In this document: piece by piece, positions 1-13,719 of the stretch
Numbering within the stretch: the stretch's first letter is position 1
How the letters are laid out: each line of letters starts with the position of its first letter
Assembly (NCBI GenBank): GCA_964016885.1
Contig: OZ024740.1
Coordinates: forward strand, 236,344,001 to 236,408,000
DNA length: 64,000 bases
Reading direction: 5' to 3'
Source of the DNA: Eledone cirrhosa
Lineage: Eukaryota
Notes under the pieces: model-generated
The model's database searches: none
What the model saw: the letters and a program-made list of their open reading frames with translations, nothing else
What the model was told of the DNA's origin: nothing
Program-made: the position numbers and the translations under genes

Positions 1-489
1 ATCTTCCTGAGTGTGCTTTTAGTGCAATCCCTGTACCTCAATTTTGGTTTGTGCACTGATCATTTACTTTCGACCAGCTCACCATACAAGATCTATACAT
101 ATGTACAGAAAGTATATACACAAATGCATATATATATATATATACAAACACCCCTATTTTTGTATTATTGGCAACATGATACTCTCCCAGTATAACAATA
201 TACACACATGCATATCTCTCTCTCTATATATATAAAGTCTACTTCAGTATTGAGTACTATTTTCTCTCGTCTGTCAACAACATATATATATTAAGAAAAG
301 GGAGAGAGGTGGTATCCCATATTCAACTTCAGTTCATTACATCACACCTATTATGTACATTTCAAAGGAATCAAGAATTCATTATGTAACAGTTATCCAA
401 TGTGTTGTTGTCAGGCAAGAAGTGTTTAAATTTAAATAATGTTTTATTTTCTTGTCTTTGCTTGCCATCGAAGAGACATTGACATTTCA

Positions 490-494
<5 letters not shown>

Positions 495-583
<89 letters not shown>

Positions 584-596
584 GTATATATATATA

Positions 597-641
<45 letters not shown>
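495..641. repeat. (TA)n microsatellite, one of dozens in the window
   Basis: Direct dinucleotide run. All YIYIYI-type ORFs in the track come from such runs. Confidence 0.98.
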
Positions 642-646
<5 letters not shown>

Positions 647-1139
647 GAATAAGAAATTGCAATCAAGAGAGAAGGAGGGACAGAGAACAGGGAAATAAGG
701 GAAAGAAATGTAACAGAAAGACAGAGTGAGAGAGATAAATGGAGTGAAACGATGATGGCGATGATGATGATGATGATGATGATAGTGTGTATGTATGCAT
801 GCATGAATAGGCTGGGAAGTTGAAGCAATTAAAAAGAGATTTCTTTTTTCTAAAATTGATTCTAACATATAAACAATTCCATTGAAGAAACCTTCCCACC
901 ACTCATCTTTAAAGTGTTACTTTACTTCGTATTTTTGTTGTTGTTTTGTCTTTTTATTTTCTCTTCATTGCCAAACTATTTTAGCAGTCATAGTACTGTT
1001 TTAGCATTCTATCAACCACACACCTGATTTCCTATTGTAACACCACAGAAAACACCTAATTATCACACTACATACACTTGTATAGGAAACCTATTACTTC
1101 TACCTCTGATTGTACACACACCTGCATGTATACAGAGAT

Positions 1140-1163
1140 TGATATATGTATGTTTGAGTGTGT

Positions 1164-1214
<51 letters not shown>

Positions 1215-1335
1215 CATATAGGTATGAACTATATATATATAATATATAATATATATATATAATAAGGAGTTGGCGGACCCAGCATATTTATCAATGCCAG
1301 GAACAGTTATATCTCAGCATACCCAATGGGCAATG

Positions 1336-1389
<54 letters not shown>

Positions 1390-1536
1390 TACATTGCCCA
1401 TATATATATATACATATATATGTGTGTGTGTGTGAGTGTGTTCATATATTTATATATATACATATATAAATGAAATGTATAGAAATATATATATATATAT
1501 ACATATATATGTGTGTGTGTTCATATAGGTATGAAC

Positions 1537-1568
<32 letters not shown>

Positions 1569-1635
1569 CAAAAATGTGTATGTGTGAGTGTGTGTGTATG
1601 TGTATATACATATGTATATATGTGTGTATACATAT

Positions 1636-1711
<76 letters not shown>

Positions 1712-1802
1712 ATATGTATATATACACACATATGTATATATACACACATATATACATATGTATATACACATACACACACACTCACACATACATATGTATA
1801 TA

Positions 1803-1840
<38 letters not shown>

Positions 1841-1870
1841 AATATACACATATGAATACATACACATACT
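1140..1870. repeat. Compound (TG)n/(TA)n/(CA)n microsatellite block with internal fold-back
   Basis: 1577-1631 is the reverse complement of about 1737-1792, around a (TA)n centre. A 30-bp direct duplicate GTGTGTGTGTTCATATAGGTATGAACTATA lies at 1203 and 1511. Confidence 0.9.
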
Positions 1871-2864
1871 TTTACATGTGTATTCAAATTAATGTTTTTT
1901 ATATTTCTTACTAATTCTTACACTATCTCTTTCTGAAAGTCCTTCTTTGTAGTATTTATTCATGTTTAACATTCAAGCTAAGGGTGGTTACAGATTAACA
2001 GATTTTACAAAAATACTTTTTTTCTTTGTTTTTTTTTTGTTGTATTTTTGCTTTAGTTTCTTTCAGTTCCTGAAGCTCGATTTCTTCAGAGGTTAATAAT
2101 AATAAAAATAAAAAATAAAATAACAACAGCAACAGAAATCAATGAAATAAAAAGTATGATTCTACTTCAAAATCAGAAGAAATCAAAGAACAAACCAAGA
2201 GGTTGGTGTTGGCTAGAGACGATGTGTGAATAGATATCTGCAAGTAAAATAGAGGAGGATATAGTGGTGGTGGAGGGGAAATAAGACATATTTTTTGTAG
2301 AATGAAATTGCCAGTAATGATTGAACAAATCATCTACTCAGTAGAACATTTCAGTTTGATATCTTAGTTCTTTGATATGATTTTTGAAATTGGTGATTAC
2401 AGTGAGGAAATATTGTGTTTAAATTTATACAGCTTTCTAGTCCAACATTGTATGTTTGTTTTTATAGAGCTGGAGAAAAAATGCAATGAAATGATTTTTG
2501 AAAGTTTATCTAAAGTCATTAAATAAGAAGAAACATCTAATTACCTTTGAATTTATCAATTTATCTGATTCATAATTTTATTTTGATTTCTTTTATTTTC
2601 CCCATTTTATTCCTTCTTTTCCAACTTGAACATTAAAAGAACAATGGAAGCTAACAGCCATATATCTAAACAATATAACTCCAAGAACTGAAATAAATTC
2701 ATTGCGTTGAAGGCAAACCCATTTTCTATTTCTTTGAAGAAGAGTCCTGCTTGAAATATGAAAACTTATGTCTCCCTATAACACACAGGTTTATGACTTA
2801 GTGGTTATAGTATTTTGTTCCACTATTCAAATTAAATGACACGACGGTTCAGTTATATTCAAAT

Positions 2865-3045
2865 ATTGTAAGTGCGTCCGTTGAGGTTATGGTCATAAGG
2901 TGATGAGTTATGTCCTTGAGCAAAGCATTTCATTTCATGTTGCTCCAGTTCATTCTGCTGCAAATGTGTACCAGTGGCAGCTATGGGTTAGCTCTTCAAT
3001 GTGATGGATTGGCATCCTTCCCAAAGGAAATATTGTACTCTTAGT
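2865..3045 (+). mobile_element. Degenerate tRNA-derived SINE (core GTCCTTGAGCAAAGCATTTCATTTCATGTTGCTCCAG)
   Basis: Same core as the copies at 6145-6387, 23517, 27304, 43283 and 56756. Confidence 0.6.
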
Positions 3046-3207
3046 TCACAGATCTACTCAATCAAGGATGAACTGGGATTAAACAACGACATTGTACCAT
3101 TAATCTTTAAGATACCACTTTGACAAACTGTCCGTTTAATTGTGTTACATGTATCATAGTATTTCACCAAAAGCCAGTCTGTTACGACTGTCATTTACGT
3201 TATAGAT

Positions 3208-3534
3208 CAGGGATGTGCAACATATTCCATTGGCGGGCCACTTTTGAACATTGGAAGAACTATTAGGGCCAGTCACTGTCAAAAATATGTAATCTAATGA
3301 AAACCAGTGAATAAATACATTGTGAATACAGTTTTAAACAATAAAGACAAATAAAATATAATTTAGTTTTATTAATGTGAGACTTGGTATATGGTATAGT
3401 TCAACTAACAGAAAATTGTATTACAGTTTTGAAAAAATTCTAAATAAGCCTACAAGGTAAAATTAAAAACGGGCCACTCTAACTGGTCTGGCTGGCCAGA
3501 TTGTGGCCCACAGGCCACCTATTGCATGCCCCTG
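3208..3534. mobile_element. hAT-superfamily (Charlie-like) MITE
   Basis: TIRs CAGGGATGTGCAA / TTGCATGCCCCTG, subterminal GGGCCAC motifs, and a perfect 8-bp TSD TTATAGAT at 3200-3207 and 3535-3542. Confidence 0.9.
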
Positions 3535-4670
3535 TTATAGATTGTACAGTGAATAGTAGCTGTAATAGAGATTGTGGGTGTTGATGTTTAAGTTAAGGTA
3601 AAACATTTTATAGTAGTCATATGAACAAAGACATTCTAGCTATCATCCTTCTCAAACATTAGTACATCCACAATCACATCACCCAATGAATCTTTCCTTT
3701 TTTCAAGACAGTTAGGTGTAATTTGAAGGAGATTTGGCTGCTATGCCAACAGCCTGAGTAACCGCATAAAGGATTGTTCTTGTTATAGAGGTAAGTGATG
3801 GAGGTATGGAAATGTGATAGTATTTAAGGGTAGCTATATTAGAGGTGGGTGATGTTATGAACATGCGATGTTTATAGTTAGTATAGTTAGTAGTGAGATT
3901 ATAGACTGTATAATGGTATGAATATAAGATGGAAGTTGAAAGCAGCAAGATTGAAGGTAGGTGATAATGGTATGGACATGTGATGGTTGTTAATAGTAGC
4001 TAGACAATAAGCAGGGGTGGTGGTAATCATCATGATCATCAGCATCATTTGACATTTGTTTTCACTGCTAGCAAGGGCTGGACATGTCATTACAGATTGG
4101 TCATCAACCAAGAGGAGCCTCTGACTTCTAGATGGCCCAGGTGTCTGACATACGATCCCACACTCTACCAAGGAAAATTGTCTTGTGCCTGGCATATCTG
4201 ATGAGCCTCCTTAAGCTTTTGTTCAGCAGGTTTTTGTGGTTGGATGCTCTTCCTATAACCAACCACTTTACAGAGTACCGGATGCATCTAGTGTGTACAT
4301 AAAATGGTAGCAGTGCTGGCAATGCACCCTCACAGTATAAAAAAGGTAACAAAAAAAATATATAAAGGGCCCTTAACCTTTGATGCCGATGTAGGAACAA
4401 TATGTTGATATACAGGTTTGTCTTGGGTATTTTAAATCTGACAGAGCCCATCTCTTTCCAGCTCAGAACAGCCATGTTCTTCTCAAGAATGAAAGAGTGA
4501 AAGAAAGGGATAAAGAGAGATAGAGAAAGAATCAACCTCAGTGCATAACTGGTCATTTATTCATTGACCTCAATAAATGGCAAAGTTTACCCTAACATGA
4601 TTTGAACTTAGAACACAGTGAACCAGAACAAATATCAAGGCATTTTTAATGATATTGCTAATTCTCAAAC

Positions 4671-5360
4671 CATCATCAACATCATTTTATGTCCGCTTTT
4701 CCCTGCTTGCAAGGGTGGGACGGGTCCTCTTCAGCACAGCATCTCTCCATTTGTCATGGTCCCTCGTCATCTCCTCAGTGAGCTTCAGTGATCTGAGGTC
4801 AGCTCTCACCACCTCCACCCATGTTTTTCATTGTCTTCCTCTACTGCATCTTCCTGCCACTGGGATTTCTTGGCACTTCCCCACCCGGCAGTCATCTTCC
4901 ATGCGGATCACATGACCATACCAACGCAGTCTTCTCTCCCACACACTACAACTTATCCCTCTTATACACAGTTTCTCTCTCAACTCATCCATTCATGCAC
5001 ATTGACATTGCACATCCAACGGAGCATGCTTGCTTCATTTCTCTCCAGCCATCGCATATCCTCCGCAGTTGCTGCCCATGTCTCACTGCCATGCAGCATC
5101 GCACATCTCACACAGGCATCATACAACCGACCTCTCGTTTGTAGGGAGAAACCTTTCATTGTCAACAGAGGAAGCAGCTCCCTAAACTTCTTCCATTCTG
5201 TCCTTATTCTAGATACTATGGCCTCGGAGCATCATCCTCCCTTGCTAATTTGATCACCTAGGTATCGGAAGCTATCAACTACCTCTATAGATCCTACCTG
5301 CGTTTGAAAAATGTGCCTATCACTGACACTTCTACTATCAATTTTCCCTGATACCTGACA
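4671..5360 (-). mobile_element. 5'-truncated RTE LINE fragment (short-3'UTR family A)
   Basis: Minus-strand translation DSFRYLGDQI...GRLYDACVRCAMLHGSETWA. The (CAT)n tail is at 4671. Confidence 0.9.
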
Positions 5361-5436
5361 ATATTCCTTCCAGGCAACCTCTCCAACTTTTTGAAAATCT
5401 ATAACTGATACTCCTTTATAAGGCTGCTGAGATATA

Positions 5437-5634
5437 CAAGGATTAACTGAAAAGTTCATAGGCTGACCAAGATACTCTCATGGAATGACCAAAAGAGGTT
5501 TATTTTTCAACATAGACCCTGGAAAGAAACAATGCAGTTGAAATTAAGAAGAGTTGAAATTAATGCATGCAAGATTTCACAGCTCTAGGATCACTCCTTC
5601 ATAGACAGCCTATGAACTTTTCAGCCAACTCTCA
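5437..5634. mobile_element. Tc1/mariner-type MITE
   Basis: About 30-bp TIRs with core CTGAAAAGTTCATAGGCTG / CAGCCTATGAACTTTTCAG, flanked by TA on both sides. Confidence 0.8.
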
Positions 5635-6139
5635 TAGAAACTTCTGATTCTTAGTTTTTGTTACTAACAGTTTTGTGTAAGACTGTCTGTTGATAAAGTG
5701 AGTGACCATAGAAAACATGGATGACCCAACATCAGCAAACCTTGTTCTGTTCTTCTTTATTACTTTCAAAATCTGATGTTGTTTAAACTGAGTCAACCCT
5801 TGTTAAAACTATAAATCATTGATAATTGCTTCTATTGATTTAAGAATGCTTACAAACCAATTTCTAGCTAACACTAGCAATACTACGCATGACTTAACAT
5901 CAAGCATATTACAGTAGATACTTTATCATTCTTAACCCATACTTTTTCTTCATTAAAAAAAAAAAACATTTATTGCAAATAGACGACAACAAGATTACCT
6001 TCTTTATATATTTTTTCTTCAATAATCTTATTTTAATGTGTGCTTTCACTGTGCTACTAAATGTAGGTCTGTGTGTATTGTGATTATCTAAAGTCTAAAG
6101 TCTGCATCAAACTTAAAGTCTCTTCTGGCTAGTATAGTA

Positions 6140-6387
6140 CTTATCGTGGTTTCCATGGCTTTAAGTGACTGAGAGTACAAGACTCACTCCTGGACAGGAT
6201 GCCAGTCAATCATAGGGTTAACCCCCCCAAGCTATTGCTGGTACTCATTTTCAGCTGAGTATACTGGAACAATGTGAAATGAAGTGTTTTTTCTCAAGAA
6301 CACAACACACAACCCAGTCCAGGAATCAAACCCATAACATTATGATCATAAGTTCAACATCCTTATCACTAGGCCACATGCCTCCAT
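6140..6387 (-). mobile_element. tRNA-derived SINE
   Basis: Reverse complement begins GGAGGCATGTGGCCTAGTG (A-box-like), then GGTTTGATTCC (B-box-like), then the shared core. Confidence 0.75.
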
Positions 6388-7189
6388 TTTGTGTCTTGTG
6401 TTTTTGCAGTTTTTGATTTTATATTTTATAGACCATACTCTATGTAATATGTGTGCAGTGTCTAGTAGTAATATTTTCTGTGCATATTTGGAAGTCTTAG
6501 GATTTCAGTTATATTTATCTGCATGTTTTAAAATAATTTTCAAGGAAACCTCTTATTATGGGGTCATTTCTGTTTTCATCCCCTGCATTCTGGTTATTTC
6601 TATTTCTAGATATTTAGATAATTTCTCCATTTCATTTAGAGATATATTATCACCTGTTGAGGCTAGCACTTCAATTAGGAGGTACTCCTTTCTTGCATTC
6701 CTTGATATCATAATTATCATCATTTAATGTCCGATTTCTCTGCTATTCACGGTTGGACAGATCATCAGTGAACCTTGCTGATATTTAAGCAGAGGTACTG
6801 ATCTCCACAAATGGGTTGGGAGTTTGCATCTTACTTATCCATGTTCCAGCATTCTACTAAGGGCTCAGATGGACCAGCAGTCCACAACTCACTAACATAC
6901 AATAATACTAAATGCATTTTATCAAGACACCAGCAATAGGGAGGCTGTTATGTCTTTGACACAGTTGCAGAGTCCTCCTGGCCCTTTGTTTGGCAGGTTT
7001 TCTATGGTTAGATACCCTTTCTATCACCAATCACTTTACAGAATGTACTGGGTGTGTATTGTGTGTAAGTCACCAACATTAAGGAGGTTAGCTGAAGAAT
7101 CCTTCCAAACCCTTTGTTTGGTAGGTTTTCTATGGCTGGATATTCTTCATATCACCAACCACTTTACAGAGTGTACTGGGTTTATTTAC

Positions 7190-7480
7190 CATCATCGTCA
7201 TCATCATCATTTAACGTCTATCTTCCACACTAGCATGGGTTTGACGGGTTGTCCCATTAGAAGCAAGTTGGATTGGCAGACTGTGTCTCGCTTGTATAGG
7301 ACTGTTTCTGGCTGGTTATCTATGGTTGGGTGCCTTTCCTAACACCAACCACATTTACAGTGTGTGCTGGGTGCTTTTTGCTGTGTCTCCTACAACATCA
7401 CTTTACAGTGTGTGCTGGGTGCCTTTTGCAGTGTCTCCTACACGACCACTTTACAGTGTAGACTGGATGTTTTTGGTACC
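7190..7480 (-). mobile_element. RTE 3'UTR-derived short repeat
   Basis: (CAT)n + AACGTCTATCTTCCACACTAGCATGGG...CCTAACACCAACCAC. Matches the reverse complement of RTE 3'UTR 49270-49554. Further copies near 10852, 13470, 24329, 26907, 33340, 43977, 56335 and 60164. Confidence 0.75.
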
Positions 7481-7676
7481 ATTATATCATTATCATGTCA
7501 ATATTTATATTTAAGTGACCTTTGTAATCTGCACACATTCTGAGCAACCCATTCTTTCTTTCTTAGCTGCACTACAGATGAAGGGCCTTTAAAAACAAAC
7601 ATTAGCACAAATGCTGACTCTATATTCTATGGAATAAAAGGAGCAGGATTCTTCTCTACAATTTACCTGAAAAATA

Positions 7677-7905
7677 CTTATTGGCAAATGTCCATTGATA
7701 AATGTCTATTGGTAAATGCCTATTAGTAAATGCCTATTGGTAAATGTCTATGGGTAAATGTGTAATTGGTAAATGTCTATTGGTAAATGTCTATTGGTAA
7801 ATGTGTAAATGGTAAATGTCTATTGGTAAATGTGTAAATGGTAAATGTCTATTGGTAAATGTTTATTGGTAAATGTCTATTGGTAAATGTCTATTGGTAA
7901 ATGCC
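7677..7905. repeat. 14-bp minisatellite (GTCTATTGGTAAAT)n, about 16 copies
   Basis: Direct tandem units with variants. Confidence 0.95.
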
Positions 7906-8065
7906 ATCATACAAAGAAGCAAAATGAATATATGCTGTTAATACATCTAGTGATATATATTTTGTAAACATTGGTAGATGGGTCTTAAAAACAGTGGTTA
8001 GAGAATTTCCTAAAGAGTACTCAAGGTATTTGAATACACTTAGATATTTTATTATTAGCACACTG

Positions 8066-8500
8066 AAAGGGTGGTTGATTTGGAGTATCAGTAGAGGGTT
8101 GGATGCCATGCTTTGTCGTATAAAGTTACAGCCCTTTACATTCTGAGTTCAAAACCCATCAAGATAGCTTTGCCTTTCTTCCTTACTGTGTCGATAAAAT
8201 AAATCCCTAGTACACACTTAGGTTGATTTAATTGATTTTCCCCTCCCCAAAATTGTTGGCCTTGTGCTTAAATCAGAAACCATTATTATCACAGCCAGGG
8301 TGGTGGTTTGGCAGTATTGGTAGAGGGTCGGACAACAGGCTTTGCAGCACAGAGTTACGACCCTTTCTGGTCTGAGTTCAAATCCTGCCGATGTTAACTT
8401 TGCCTTTCATCCTTACGGGGTCGATAAAATAAAGTGCCAGTAATGCACTGGGGTAATTGCTGGCCTTGTGGCAAAAGTAGAAACAATTATTATCACAGCC
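8066..8500 (+). mobile_element. Two tandem tRNA-derived SINEs with Nin/Deu-like domain
   Basis: GAGTTCAAATCC B-box followed by GCCTTTCATCCTTACGGGGTCGATAAAATAAAGTRCCAG, which resembles the Deu/Nin core. Confidence 0.75.
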
Positions 8501-10123
8501 AGAAATAGAATTAAAACAAAGGTGAAGTACCATTCTTCACAAACTGAGTACTGCCAATTTTATTATAAATAAAGAAAAATCACTGTCGTCAGTCATCTGT
8601 TGTTTGTTTTTGGAAATAAATATATCATCAAGTGGTTTATGGATAGAATATGTTTACTGACAGAAAAATCTAGGAGTACAATGGATCAAGAAAACATTAT
8701 TACACTTGTTCATTACTGTGGGCATTTTATCATATTTTAAGGATTCAAGTTGAGTGACTATATACACCATGTTCTGCCATTTTAGTTGACATTTACAGAA
8801 CTCTGGTTGTGGAAAGACAAAGTAATATATAGTCTTATGAAGGCCCATAACTCCTAATAACTTTGAGATGAAATCAAACACAATGAAAACAATAACAGAA
8901 AATGAAGATATGTCATTACAAGACTGAAAATGTTCAATGCAGTTGTAAAATATGAAGGGCAAATAATGAAAAATGAACAAAACAAAGTAATGTTTTACCC
9001 AGTGTATTTCAACATAATATTTCAGAGCTATTACCCTCTTTTCAAATGTGGAGCTGAAACAGTTCAAAACAAAACACACGTTTGATGTGTTCTTCCTTAA
9101 CTGTCATACATGTCTGTAATACACACGCGTGAGGTCATTATAGTAACCAGTCTGCCTCGTGCATTTCTAATCTATTATTATTTTTCTTTGTAATGAAAAG
9201 GCTTCTGAATTCTTTTATGAATGCAGGAATTCGTGTGAATATTGGTAATTGGTGATGTAGGAACATTTCCTATTCAATCTGGCTTCGTGTCATGTTCTAT
9301 TGTTATGGCTCATACCTCCTTAGGATTAGCTAGCCCTCTATGAAGTTACTTCTTATTGTTTCTTGTGAGTTTTACTGCTAAGGCCCAGAGTCCTATCATG
9401 TACTCATTTTTTCAGTGATAGGGGTTAGGATTTGAACTCAGAGTACACAGAACTGCAATGGATCTAGCAATTCCACCAATCCAGAGTCTAAGAATTGTAT
9501 GTTATTGACTGCACAAATATATAAGGCAAAGTTGGCCTCAGTTTGATTTGAATACAGAACACAGAAAACTGAAAGGAACACTGCAAGGTATTTACTACAA
9601 TGCACTAAGACTCTGCCAATTCTTTGACTTCATGACGAATTGGCACTGTGTTGTGACTAACCTTTAATTAGTCATTCTCTCTTACATTAATACAGTCAGT
9701 TGTCACATCACCTTTTACTAGTATTTAATTACTTTCATTGGCTGATGCCATCTATGGTGTTAGCTGTTCAACTGAAACAAGTTAAGGCACAATCGATTCT
9801 TATCATCTCCCTAAGCAATGTTTTGAGCAAGAGTTAATTAACCTGATTTTTATATCCGGTTTCTGCTCTATGGTCATAAACACGAAGGTATTGGATTCCA
9901 TTTGAAGCCATTGAGATTCAGGATATGGTGAATTCGTATTATTAGCATCAACAGTATACTCTGAAACATTTACTTAACTGAAAACCAGTATCAGTGAAGA
10001 AAATGTCTATTTTAATAAGAATTACAATAATAATAATTCTTTTGAGCAATATCAACCCCAACAATAACAGCAGCAAATATACATGTTTATCAACACAAAG
10101 AAAGAGAATGTCCAGCAGTCAGA

Positions 10124-10362
10124 TTAACCCTTTTGTGACTTCGTTTCTAATAAAATACGTTCTATTTCAATTAATTAACAAAGAATTTTTAGAGATTTAT
10201 TAAATTATTTTTTATATAATTACTAAAATAGTTACTTAACATATGGTTCATATATGACATTATGTTGGAAAATTTTAGTTTAAATAGGAACCATTAAAAT
10301 GGGGTGATTTGTTTCATAAAACCAGAGTCAGGTTTTGAAAGGGTTGGCATCAGAAGAGTTAA
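10124..10362. mobile_element. Possible piggyBac-like MITE (degenerate)
   Basis: TTAA-CCCTTTTG...CAGAAGAG-TTAA ends. A related right end lies at 22685-22763. Confidence 0.4.
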
Positions 10363-11149
10363 AGTGCCATAAGTGTTGAAGCTAAGTCACTTTGGCAAAT
10401 GTAGTCAGTCCTATGAAACTTCATATGAAAAAGAACAATGCTTCTATGCTCAATGTCAAAATATAGATCTTAACAAGCTAAAAAATGTCTACCCTAAATT
10501 AAATAATGATCTAATTTGAATGAAAACAGATGATTGTACATTTTGTTCAGCCATTCGGTTTTGTTTTATTGTTAAGATTCATTTGACATTAAATTGTCAG
10601 TCAGAAACTTTGATGACTTATAAGGATTCAGCATTGAGGGTAAAAGATTGTGTGCAACTAAAACTTTGCTTGGACAAATATTTGAATATAGGACTTGCTT
10701 GGAGAAACATTCAAATATATGACTTACTTTGATAAACATTTGAATATAAGACTTGCTTGAAGAAACATTGATTTTATCTATCATAAACAGATTATTTATG
10801 CCAGAAGCATCAGTTCAAATATTCTTAAGAAAATACATGATATATATATATCATCATCATCATCATCGTTTAACATCTATCTTCCACGCTAGCATGGGTT
10901 AGATGGGTTTGTCCCATTTAGAGGCAAGTTGAGTCGGGTGACCATGTCTTGCTCGTATAAGACTGTTTCTGGGTAGTTTTCTACAGCTGGATGCCCTTCC
11001 TAGTGCCAATCACATTTACAATGTGTGGTGGGTGTTTTTTGCCATGTTTTTTACATGACCACTTTGCAGTGTGGGCTCGGTGGTTTATGTCGTGACACAC
11101 CTACATATCCACTTTACAGTGTGGGCTGGATGTTTTGCGGTACCAACAT

Positions 11150-11187
<38 letters not shown>

Positions 11188-11188
11188 A

Positions 11189-11628
11189 AAAAAAGAGAAA
11201 TAGGACGAAGGTAAACAGTTACAAAAGAATTTAATCCACGTATTAACAATTGTTTCATCAGAATTTCAGTCCATTATTGCTACACTATGTTATAATAGGC
11301 AATCAAGAAAGATACTGTAGCATCCGAATTTGTATTTGAAAACTTTGTATTTTGAAAATTCGGATGCTACAGTATCTTTCTTGATTGCCTATTATAACAT
11401 AGTGTAGTAATAATGGACTGAAATTCTGATGAAACAATTGTTAATACGTGGATTAAATTCTTTTGTAACTGTTTACCTTCGTCCTATTTCTCTTTTTTGA
11501 TTACACTCCTCGTTTGTTCGTGTTTCCACTACAGAATCCCTACCAACCTGTCGAGTCACCTTAACGTATGTTGAGAACTTTCCTCACAACTTGTTCTACC
11601 AAGCTTTGGAATACTCCTAATAACTGAA
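11189..11628 (+). mobile_element. Fold-back hammerhead element in (TA)n: 143-bp inverted arms plus about 130-bp tail
   Basis: 11189-11331 is the reverse complement of 11356-11498 (1 mismatch seen). Tail 11499-11628. (TA)n on both sides. Confidence 0.85.
11347..11447 (+). ncRNA. Hammerhead-like ribozyme variant (U3-A8 core, long stem-II loop)
   Basis: GTATT-TTGAAAA-T-TCGGA...TCTGA-T-GAAAC-AATT-GTT-AATAC. Confidence 0.5.
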
Positions 11629-11646
11629 TATATATATATATATCTA

Positions 11647-11715
<69 letters not shown>

Positions 11716-11754
11716 CATGATAATGGTATATATATATTTGTGTATATATACATA

Positions 11755-13470
11755 TATCATCATCATCACCGTTTTACATCTATTTTCCATGCTAGCATGG
11801 GTTAGACAGGTTGTCCTGCTGTGGGAAATGCTAGGTCAGGTGACCATGTCCTGCTCATATATGACTGATTCTGGCTCAATTTCTACAGCTGGATGCTGTT
11901 CCTAATGCCAACTTCATTTACAGTGAGTACTGGGTTCTTTTTGTCATGATGTCAACATGACCACTTTACAGAGTGGACTGGAGGTTTCACTGGATGCATT
12001 TACTTTGGCCTGTCCTAATGGGAGTGTATGGGAAAGTGGGTTGGGGCATACTGTATATATGCTTCAACTTGTGCTCATGGGAAGTCGGGCCTTCTATATT
12101 ACAACGTATCACCAGATATCTTGGTCCTGTGTCATCACCTTTGAGAGGTGTAATTGGACAAGGTCAGCTTTTATCACCTCATGCTGAGTCTCCTCACTCC
12201 AAGGCTTCCATCGACTTTGAGCGCTCTGCACCTTTTTATGCAGCTGTCATCCTTCATACGCACCACATGTCCATACCAACATAATCTCCTCTCCTGCACA
12301 CACCATTTGATTTCTCTAATGCCTAGTTTCTGTTTCAATTCATTTATGCTTCGCCGTTCTTGTATATTACTATTACACATCCACTGGAGCATGCAAGCTT
12401 CATTTCTTTCCAATCTATGCAAGTCTTCTGCACACAATGCCCATATCTCACTTCCATTCAACATTGCTGTTCGTATGCACATATCATACAGTCTGCCATT
12501 CATTCTGAGGGAAAACTCTTTTGTAGCCAGCAGTGGTAGTAGTTTCCTGAACTTCTTCCATCCCATTCTTGCTCTGGCTACTGTACTTTCAGAACACTCA
12601 CAACCACTGCTAATTCAGTCACCTAAGTAGCAGAAGCTGTCTACTGTTTCTACAGAGCCCTCTCAGAATTTGGTAGCAATTGTTTCCTGTGGTTGTTTGC
12701 TGCTTACAGTTCCGGTGCAACTGCTACATGTAAAGCCTACATTCTTAACTAAACTTCCTGAGATCCCACTACATCTCTTAGACCTTAGTCTTTGTCAGGT
12801 TGTCTTTAAGACACCTTCTTTCTAGGCCCTGCTTCCATCTTTTGGAAATTCTTATTTAGTTCTACTATAGATTCATCTATGAGTGTAAGATCATCTGCGT
12901 CCAGAAATTCCCATGGGCAGTTGGTCTTAAACTCCTCCATTGTAGCCTGCAAAACAATAATAAACAGGGGCAGGCTAAGAACAGAGCCCTGGTGGATGGC
13001 AACTTGTACACTAAATTCCTTGCTATAGTCATTGTTAATCCTGACTTGCTGACTGCTCCTCTATACATGGCTTGTACAGCCTTCACAAGCCACTCATCTA
13101 CTCTTAGTTTTCCAAGAGCCCACCAGATTATGTCATGGGGCACTCTGTTGAAAGCTTTCTCCAGATCAACAAATGCCAGACATAGTGGCTTACTTTTAGC
13201 TGGGTACTTTTTCTGTAACTGTATCATGAGGAAGAGGGCATCAGTGGTGCTTTTGCCTGGCACAAATCCAAACTGTAAGACTCTTTCTGTTACTTTCATG
13301 ACCTGGTCCATCAGTTTTATACCTCTATAGTTTCTTCTATCTAGTGCATCTCCTTTACCCTTGTAGCAATTGATGCTACTGCACCAATACTTTGGTATGA
13401 CGCCATCTAGTATTACTTGGTTTACAATACGTGTGGTTATGGTGTGTCCTACCGCCCCAGATGCTTTCAG
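11755..13470 (-). mobile_element. Decayed RTE LINE fragment (long-3'UTR family B) covering RT and C-terminus
   Basis: QFGFVPGKSTTDA...LAFVDLEKAFNRVP and QERRLCWYGHV. Frameshifted. Confidence 0.92.
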
Positions 13471-13660
13471 CCATAGAAAACTTGCCAGACAGCCCTATAC
13501 GAGCGAGACATGGTCACTTGACCAATCTTGTCTCAAGTAGGACAATTCCCATCTAAACCCATGGTAGTGTGGTTGATGATGATGATGATGATGATGATAT
13601 ATATATATATAAATGAAGTGTAAGTCAACAGGTTAAAATTAACTTCATTTATTCATAGTC

Positions 13661-13719
13661 GCAGTTATATATATTTCGGTGATAACCGTTATACAACAGC
13701 TATGCCCTCATCAGACAGC
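13661..13719 (-). ncRNA. Minimal type-I hammerhead ribozyme
   Basis: Reverse complement: GCTGT-CTGATGA-GG..ATAGCTGTT-GTAT-AACGGTTAT..CC-GAAAT-ATAT-ATA-ACTGC. One stem-I mismatch. Confidence 0.7.

Noticed and set aside
439-1914. YIYI/CVCV ORFs (also at 14.3, 33.5-34.1, 39.2 and 57.3 kb)
   Set aside because: Microsatellite translations.
2067-2091. 25-nt micro-exon candidate after a long polypyrimidine tract
   Set aside because: Weak donor (GTTAAT), length not a multiple of 3, and no other support.
7677-7905. CRISPR-like appearance of short repeats (also 36539-36678)
   Set aside because: Contiguous tandem units without unique spacers, in a eukaryotic context.
8654-9079. 141-aa minus-strand ORF
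   Set aside because: No recognisable domain, and it overlaps a dispersed repeat (8940-9075, similar to 19095-19232).
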